A stretch of 64,000 nucleotides of DNA, from the NCBI GenBank assembly GCA_964016885.1, contig OZ024762.1, positions 14,570,001 through 14,634,000 on the forward strand, given 5' to 3'. This DNA is from Eledone cirrhosa. Lineage: Eukaryota. A program made the translations under genes and the position numbers. Below the pieces are notes generated by a model. It was not told the DNA's origin, did no database searches, and saw only the letters and a list, made by a program, of their open reading frames with translations. Below, in pieces: positions 54,646-64,000 of this stretch (its first letter is position 1; each line of letters begins with the position of its first letter).

Positions 54646-54677
<32 letters not shown>

Positions 54678-54965
54678 GTGTATGTATGTATACATACATA
54701 CATATATGTATGTATACATACATACCTATACATATACATACATATATGTGTATATATACATACAAACCTATACATATACATACATTCATACCTATACATA
54801 TACATATATATATATACATACATACATATACATATATATATATACATACCTATACATATATATACATACATACATACACATATACATACATACCTATACA
54901 TATACATATATATATATACATACATAGCTATACATACATATATATACATACATACATACACACAC

Positions 54966-55012
<47 letters not shown>

Positions 55013-55049
55013 AATATACATACATACACACATATATATATATATATAT

Positions 55050-55102
<53 letters not shown>

Positions 55103-55543
55103 AAAATACCCTCAATCAAAATAACTGAAATCAGTTTTTAGATGAGTGAACACAGATATATTTTAATATGTGAAGTTTAAAATTGAGGCCAGACTTCCTC
55201 CACATTTGTCTGTTGAATAACAATGCATTGAATAGCATGCTATACGTCATTCAATGGTATAATAGTATATATATACATATAAACAATATGCCACCACACC
55301 CCCCACCGCAAGGTGGTCGTGGAGGTGCCATGGCAAAAAAGCACCCAGCCCACACTGTAAAGTGGACGTGTAGGCGCCACGGCAAAAAAGCACCCAGCAC
55401 TCACTGTAAATGAGGTTGGTGTTAGGAAGGGCATCCAGCTGTAGAAATGAAGCCAGATCAGTTCCTGTATGAGCAAGGCATGGTTAGCCATCATCATCAT
55501 CATCGTTTTACGTCCGTTCTTCCACGCTAGTATGGGTTAGACG

Positions 55544-55579
<36 letters not shown>

Positions 55580-55681
55580 TAAAGTCTGAGGCTCATTTGG
55601 CCGGTGCTTATCCCGGTTTCATGGCGTGAAGTGGCTGAGTACAAGACTGCGCCCTGGGTAGGACGCCAGTCCATCGCAGGG

Positions 55682-55731
<50 letters not shown>

Positions 55732-56850
55732 CGTCCAAAGCTAAACTCAGCGGTATTTGAACCCAAAAGGTAAAGGGACATACCAATGTGTTGCAAAAGG
55801 GGTCGACTTTCCCCTCCCGCAAAATTGTTGGCCGAAATCAGAAACCATTATTATTTGTTTTCGGCAGAGGGTCAGACGCCATGCTTTTCAGCATAGAGTT
55901 ACGGCTCTTTACGGTCTGGGTTCAAATCCCGCCGAGGTTAACTCTGCTTTTCAGCTTCACGGGGTCGATAAAATAAAGTACCAGTAACGCGCTGGTGTAA
56001 TGCTGGCCTTGTGCCAAAAGTAGAAACAGTTATTTTTGTTATTACATGGTATTGGTTTTAGGTCGATATAAATACGCTCCATGCCCCCCCCCCCATTCCC
56101 CCATTAAGTCCTGTCGTCGTGTTCATAACTGGCCGTAAAATATCCCAGAAGTGAAGTAGGTGTGGTTGATTGTTTAAACAAGAATTATAAGGGATATACA
56201 ACAATTAGTAACGACCGTTTTAAGACGATTTTCCTTACTAAAACAGGGAGAGGGGATTAACCTTCCTGACCCCAACACTAACCCTAACAGTAATTCCTTT
56301 TTTTTTTTTTGTTATCTATAGTTATGTTGTAAGCTGTCTCTAAAATACAAGAAGCTCCACAACAAATAATTATCAAAGCGTTAAAGGGAGGTAAATATTA
56401 GTAACACGATGTAAGGTTGGTAACTCCGAAAGTCTTTTGTGTAAATAATAATCGCTTCATTCTTTTGTTACAAAAGACATAAATAAACCAGGGGATCTCA
56501 AAGTGGGCTCTGTCTTCCACTAAGGGGCGTTGTGAAGATCCAGTGGGACGGTAGGGATTTATAACATAAACGAGACCTTATTTCCTTCCAGCTAAGTTCG
56601 ACAAAGCGACGTGACATAAAATGAAAAAAATCGTTCTGAAAAAAAATCGACGTAGGGTTGGAACTGAACTCACGATCCCCCGATCGTGAACCGAACACCC
56701 TTACCACTAAGCCACGTGCCATCACGTCTTGTGATGAGTATTACTGTCAATTATAAGTTAACTGGGAAAACAAAATAAGCAACGAGAACAAAAAGAAAAG
56801 AAAAGAAAAGAAAATGTGAAATAAAAAAAATAAAAAAATATCTGACTTAC

Positions 56851-56930
56851 CATATTTAATAATTTACCGACAGTGGTCGTAATATATAATTCGAGAAGTC
56901 TCGATGATGTTCCACGTGTTTCTCTGTTTT
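56851..56930 (-). other. Candidate 80-nt spliced exon ending in ATG
   Basis: Minus strand: cttttacctctttcttgttcCAG|AAAACAG...AAATATG|GTAAGTcag, in non-repetitive sequence. Confidence 0.5.
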
Positions 56931-57119
56931 CTGGAACAAGAAAGAGGTAAAAGAAAATAATAAAAATACAACAATTTTGAAAAAGAAAACAAACAAAAAC
57001 AAAAAAAAAAAAACGATTCGTTTTTCAAATGTGATAATTGAAAAACAATACAATTTACAAGAATCTACTGTCCCAAAGGTGTGGGCCTTGGTGATGACAG
57101 CCCATAGGTAAATATCACA

Positions 57120-57235
<116 letters not shown>

Positions 57236-57731
57236 CCTCTGGGAACCTTTCCTCTCCTTTCCACCTTTCTCCCGATGAAGGGCTTATACCCGAAACGTCC
57301 CCCCCTCCCACTCTCAAGCGTGAACCTATTACCGAACAACTTTCGTAACTGAGCTCCTTGTTGTTTACGTTTCCAATATATATATATATATATATATATA
57401 TGAAAAGATTAAGGACCCCAACGGCTGAGCTCCGGCCGTTTCGACAGCTAGGTCTGAACTCTGAGTCCTAAATCTTTTCATATTTCCCACACTACTACAC
57501 CACCAAGTACCGAGTACTTTGGTCGATTATGGTCCACCTGCTATTTTACCACACCATATCTTATATATATATATATATACATATGTGTGTGTTGTGTGTG
57601 TGGTGTGTGTGTGGTGTGCGTGTGCGTGTGTGTGTGTGTGTGTAAAAGGTAAACAGAAATAACAACACAATCGGTACAGTATATGGAAGGGATATATTAG
57701 GTTAACGCTTCTTGATATAGCAGGAAGAGGG

Positions 57732-57767
57732 TCTTAACGTTTCGGACGCTAATTCTTCATCAGAAGA
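57732..57767 (-). ncRNA. Probable minimal hammerhead ribozyme
   Basis: Minus strand: TCTT-CTGATGA-A GAA ttagcg TCC-GAAA-CG-TT-AAGA; one helix-II mismatch. Confidence 0.55.
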
Positions 57768-57898
57768 AAGAGTGGGAAATAAAATAGATTGAGGGGACGG
57801 GCAGGGTGGAATTGGAAAAAGAGTCTTTAGATAAAAGTAACAGGTTCATTCATGTTGACATCTCTTGGAAAACTGTTGGTGCTGGCTATATATATATA

Positions 57899-58093
57899 TA
57901 ACGAAGGAAATGTGGTAAGGAACCAGATGGACCATAACGCACCAAAGTATTCAATACTTAGAGTAGTAGAGTGGGTAATAGGAACGAGTAGGACCCCGAC
58001 GGCTGAGCTCAAGCCGTTTCGACGGCTAATTCATGTCCAGAATTAGCCGTCAAAACGGCTTGAGCTCAGCCGTCGGGGTCCTACTCGTTCCTA
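57899..58093. mobile_element. Asymmetric fold-back pivoting on a hairpin followed by GAAAC
   Basis: taggaacgagtaggaccccgacggctgagctcaagccgtttcgacggctaatt catgtccag aattagccgtcaaaacggcttgagctcagccgtcggggtcctactcgttccta. Confidence 0.8.
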
Positions 58094-59394
58094 TATATAT
58101 ATATATATATATATGGAGGCAGTAAAAACCTGTTAGACCATTACTCGCCAGAGTACACGATAATTGGGGTAGTAGAGTGTGGTAATATTAATGAGTCGGG
58201 ACCCCGACGGCTGAGCTCGTGCCGTTTCAATTGCTAGTTCCAATGTCTTGTATAAGCGAGTTTAGATTAAATATTGTTTTTGTCGATCTGGTTTGCACTC
58301 CCATAAATAGAGTTTTTTTCTCACAAAAATCTAATATTGCCTCTGGGGAGTGATTCCACCCATTCATTAGAGACTAATTAACCATTAATTAATTAATATA
58401 TATTTTAATAATTTGAAAACCATACAATGCACTAGAAAATTAAAATTGTAAGATAATAATAGAATCTTGCCGTAGCAAATTTAATAATCCCATATAAATT
58501 CTCTTTAACACTTGGTCCAGCCATTCGGCTGGGGCCATACACACACACACACACACACAGACACACACACACACACACAGACACACACACACACAGGTAT
58601 AATTCCGTTATAATGAATACTAGTATAACGAATTTTTTTTTTTCAATCCCTGGCCAAACAAACACTCGATGTGTTAGGTCGATCTCGTTATACAAAATGT
58701 TCGTTACAACGAATTTTTTCACATCTCGTGAATTTCGTTATGACGGAATTTCACTGTATAGCTATTTAGGGAGTGTAACGTCAAGTTGGTGTTAGTTTCA
58801 AGTTACTCGATGTGTAGATTCCAGTATGTAATTAGAGGATGTGCACAAATACACAGTACATTATTATAGTCGGTGGTTTGGCAGTATCGGTAGAGGGTCG
58901 GACACCATGCTTTGCAGCAGAGTTACGGCCCTTGCCATTCTGAGGTCAAATCCCGCCGAAGTTAACTTTGCCTTTCATCCTTACGAGGTCGATAAAATAA
59001 AGTACCAGCAATGCACTGCGATAATTGCTGGCCTCGTGCCAAAAACTAGAAACAATTATTATTGTCGTCGATGAGTTACAAAGTAACTTACAAGGGAAGC
59101 AACTAGTGTTGACAAACGTGAGACTGGGGGTGTAAGCACTTAAGAGTTATTTCCCCGTTAAATTGTATTACAAAACTGGCTTTTATAAAAGTCAACCTAA
59201 ATAGGATTTTCTCAAAAAAATGTATAGACACTTGCTGTTGAAGTGGGTATACATTTTTTTTTTTGTATATTAATTCTTAAAAAGGTGGACGAAGACAACG
59301 GAAAAACGGAATACAGAACAGTCCCATCCCATCAGTCGACTTCGTCAGGTATTTGTGATTTCGGTGCATATATATATGTACATATATATACAAT

Positions 59395-60085
59395 GATATT
59401 AAATAAATGGAAACTATATTTATAAAACCATATTTATTCTATTATATATATTTCAAGGGTACCAAAACTTTGGTACGCTCTCATCAGATAAAATACAAAG
59501 TTTGTTTTATAAATATTGACATAACCAAGAAAAAATACCTTAACGGTTCAAATTTTTCATGGATAGTGAAGGAAAAGAGAATAAAAGTCAGACATTTCAA
59601 ATTATTAAGATGAGTATGCAAATGAGGTTGAGGTATAAGACTGAAAAAAAAAACGTTATTTTTAGACGCTGTGCAGAATTTAAATAATTACGATATGTGT
59701 ATGTATGCGTAGGAAGAGGAAAAAAGAGAAAGAAGAGCTTGTATTTACGTTAATTTAAAAGGAATTGCAAGAATGGTGGAATATGATTCCAGAATTTAAA
59801 ATTGATTTAGCTATATTATGAGTTATAATATTGTATATATAATCAATTAGATTATATGAAGAATTATGGCTGTAAGTAGATTTCATCTTATTACATTACA
59901 AATGTAAGCGTACCATGGTTTTGGTACCCTTGAAATATATATAATAGAATAAATATGGTTTTATAAATATAGTTTCCATTTATTTAATATTGAATATTAT
60001 ACTCCAGGAAACTTGTCGAGTGCTCTGAATCAGTTATAAACATTTATATTTGTTGAATTACCAACAAATTGAATATCTCTTTTGC
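59395..60085. mobile_element. Fold-back element with ~400-bp spacer and a hammerhead
   Basis: Minus-strand hammerhead 59435-59495: TATTTTAT-CTGATGA-GAGcGTACCAA agtt TTGGTACcCTT-GAAA-TATATA-TA-ATAGAATA. The right arm starts inside helix II. Confidence 0.82.
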
Positions 60086-60107
60086 ATATATATATATATA
60101 TATTTAT

Positions 60108-60368
60108 ATTATAATGAAATGACAGGAGGCTGGATTTGTGTAAATCCTTGAAAGGTTTATTATACTATGATCATTTCAATGACCGGGTTCCGTATGAATC
60201 CAGCCTCCTGTCATTTCATTATAATATTTAACTCCGTAATAGCACCACCAACTACAAAAACAAAGACGGTTGAACTGCTTTACGTTGAGTACTCTCTATA
60301 TTATTGCATTACGATTGACCATACGGAATAGACCAGCTCTATACAGTGGTGAACCTCAAACCTGAATA
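60108..60368. mobile_element. Internally deleted copy of the 48073-48540 element
   Basis: Matching sequence with the centre removed at an AATCC microhomology. Confidence 0.85.
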
Positions 60369-61129
60369 TATATATTTATATATATATTTATATTTATATA
60401 TATATTTATAAATAATTGTTTCTACTTTTGGCACAATGCCAGCAATTATCTCAGTGTATTACTGGTACTTTATTTTATCGACCCCGTAAGGATGAAAGGC
60501 AAAGTTAACCTCGGCAGGATTTGAACTCAAACCATAAAGGGCCGTAACTCTTTCTGCAAAGCATGGCGTCCGACCCTCTACCGATACTGCCAAATGGCTG
60601 CGCCCTCGTTATTGAGTATGGCCATTGGACGATATAACATTATTAATAATTAGCAATTAATTGGTTCTACTTTTGGCACAAGGCCAGCAATTACCCAGTG
60701 CATTACAAGTACTTTATTTTATCGACCCCGTAAGGATGAAAGAAAAAGTAACCTCGGCGGGATTTGAACTCAGAATGGCAAGGGCCGTAACTCTATGCGT
60801 CAAAGCATGGCGTCCGACCCTCTACTGATACTGCCAATCCACCGCCCTGCTATGGTGCAATGAACATTTGTTTAAAGTGAAGAAAGACTGTGCACTGAGC
60901 CAATCCCACTCTCTGAGCGACAGTAGCTATAACTCGAAAAGAAGAAAAGATCAACATCATCGGTAACTACTGAGCCGCAGGTTTTATGTCGGTTTTATCC
61001 GAGTTTCCTGAGTTACCTTCTCCTAGAAGAATGCCCTGACAAAGGCTAGGGGTCCTTCACTCCCAGTGGTTTAACCGCGCGATCGGGTATCCAGCCCGAC
61101 TATTTCTATGTCCCCGCGCATATACATAT

Positions 61130-62705
61130 ATATGTATTCATGTATATACATACATACGTATACATGTATATACGTACACACGTATACATGTATATACATA
61201 CATACGTATACATGTATATACATACATACGTATACATGTATACACACATACGTATACATGTATATACATACATACGTATACATGTATATACATACATACG
61301 TATACATGTATATACATACATACGTATACATGTATATACATACATACGTACGTATACATGTATATACATACATACGTATACATGTATATACACACATATG
61401 TATACATGTATATACATACATACGTATACATGTATATACATACATACGTATACATGTATACACACATACGTATACATGTATATACATACATACGTATACA
61501 TGTATATACATACATACGTACGTATACATGTATATACATACATACGTATACATGTATATACACACATACGTATACATGTATACACATACATACGTATACA
61601 TGTATACACATACAAACGTATACATGTATATACATACAAACGTATACATGTATATACATACATACGTATACATGTATATACATACAAACGTATACATGTA
61701 TATACATACATACGTATACATGTATATACATACATAGGTATACATGTATAGACACACATACGTATACATGTATAGACATACATACGTATACATGTATATA
61801 CACACATACGTATACATGTATAGACATACATACGTATACATGTATATACACACATACGTATACATGTATAGACATACATACGTATACATGTATATACATA
61901 CATACGTATACATGTATATACATACATACGTATACATGTATATACACACATACGTATACATGTATATACATACATACGTATACATGTATAGACATACATA
62001 CGTATACATGTATATACATACATACGTATACATGTATATACATACATACGTATACATGTATATACATACATAGGTATACATGTTTATACATACATACGTA
62101 TACATGTTTATACATACATGCGTATACATGTATATACATACATACGTATACATGTATACACATACATACGTATACATGTATACACATACATACGTATACA
62201 TGTATACACACATACGTATACATGTATATACATACATACATACGTATACATGTATATACATACATACGTATACATGTATATACATACATACGTATACATG
62301 TATAGACATACATACGTATACATGTATAGACATACATACGTATACATGTATAGACACACATACGTATACATGTATATACATACATACGTATACATGTATA
62401 TACATACATACGTATACATGTATAGACATACATACGTATACATGTATAGACATACATACGTATACATGTATATACATACATACGTATACATGTATAGACA
62501 TACATACGTATACATGTATATACACACATACGTATACATGTATATACATACATACGTATACATGTATGTATACATGTATATACATACATACGTATACATG
62601 TATATACATACATACGTATACATGTATATACATACATACGTATACATGTATATACATACATATGTATACATGTATATACATACATACGTATACATGTATA
62701 TACAT
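61130..62705. repeat. 24-bp satellite (cgtatacatgtatatacatacata)n
   Basis: About 1.6 kb of tandem copies; accounts for the long MYIHVYVC ORFs. Confidence 0.97.
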
Positions 62706-62746
62706 ATATATACATATATATATGCAAATACATCTACACCTTTTTG

Positions 62747-62777
<31 letters not shown>

Positions 62778-62871
62778 ACGCTGTGGCTGTGCATTCTAAT
62801 AAATATTGCCTGTACAAGTAATCAAAGTATGTATACATCGTTTGGAACACCGTGTGTGTATATATATACAC

Positions 62872-62967
<96 letters not shown>

Positions 62968-63239
62968 ATACATGGACATTGTTTAATAACGAAATAAGAA
63001 AAATAAAGTGTGGTATTATATGTATACACACACACACATACACACATATTATGTATACATACTCATATATATATGTGTGTGTGTGTTTGTGTTTGTCATA
63101 TATACGCGCGCTTTTCGGGTGCATATGAATGAGGGAGGGTGGAAAGGGTGGGGGACAATGAAACTGGAGAAATGACCTTTCTATGAACCCAAAACTGTGA
63201 CAATAGAGGGCCACCATCCACTACCCTCAGCTTTTATTT

Positions 63240-63900
63240 CCCCACCACCACCATCATTACCAACTACAAACCACCACCACTACTATCATTACCAACTACA
63301 CTGTACTGTACAACACTCCACCACCATTACCAACTACATTACCACCACCACCACCACCACCACCACCACCACCACCACCACCACCACAATTACCAACTAC
63401 ATTACCACCACCACCATCACCACCAACTACATTACCACAACCACCACCACCACCACCACCAACTACATTACCACAACCACCACCACCACCACCACTACCT
63501 ACACCACCATTACCACCACCACCACCTACACCACCATTACCAACCACCACCACCACCTACACTACCACAACCACCACCACCACCGACTACATTACCACCA
63601 CCACCACCTACACCACCATTACCAACCACCACCACCACCACCTACACTACCACAACCACCACCACACCCACCACCACCTACACCACCATTACCAACCACC
63701 ACCACCACCTACACTACCACAACCACCACCACCACCGACTACATTACCACCACCACCACCTACACCACCATTACCAACCACCACCACCACCACCTACACT
63801 ACCACAACCACCACCACACCCACCACCACCTACACCACCATTACCAACTACAATAGCACAACCACCACCACCACCGACACCACCGCCACCTACACCACGA
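63240..63900. repeat. (ACC)n-rich low-complexity tract
   Basis: Triplet runs with higher-order duplication. Confidence 0.9.
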
Positions 63901-64000
63901 CTATGTTTTGAAGATGAATTAATTGTGAGGTGGAGGTGGTGAAAACAAATGGCGATGCAGATGGGGGGGGGCGAGAGTGTGGGGGAAACAAACAGGGAAA

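Noticed and set aside
57268-57300. CCGATGA-AGGG cttata CCC-GAAACGTC hammerhead-like motif
   Set aside because: Core variant and no helix I partner; probably a decayed relic, so not counted as intact.
61071-63128. Long ORFs of 200-568 aa
   Set aside because: Translations of a stop-free 24-bp satellite, open in several frames on both strands.

Overview
AT-rich, microsatellite-saturated animal genomic DNA with no intact protein-coding gene. The repeat landscape and a miR-279-family locus point to a protostome, most likely an octopus or other coleoid cephalopod (inference). Nearly all ORFs in the supplied track are artefacts of simple repeats. The real content is as follows. (1) A well-formed miR-279-family hairpin on the minus strand (17275-17337), possibly inside a spliced minus-strand host transcript. 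(2) A dense set of minimal type I hammerhead ribozyme motifs (about 15 intact or near-intact, several unrelated sequence families). Most lie in short fold-back (inverted-repeat) elements embedded in (TA)n tracts, the architecture of Penelope-like retroelement termini. Helices and palindromic helix-III loops co-vary between families. (3) Decayed transposons: a maT/DD37D-like Tc1-mariner, RTE and L1/Tx1-like LINE fragments, two tRNA-derived SINE families, hAT, pogo and mariner MITEs, and a Helitron. (4) Many satellites, including a 5.4 kb 29/27-bp compound array and a 12-copy amplification of a SINE tRNA head. All structures were folded by eye; nothing was computed or searched.
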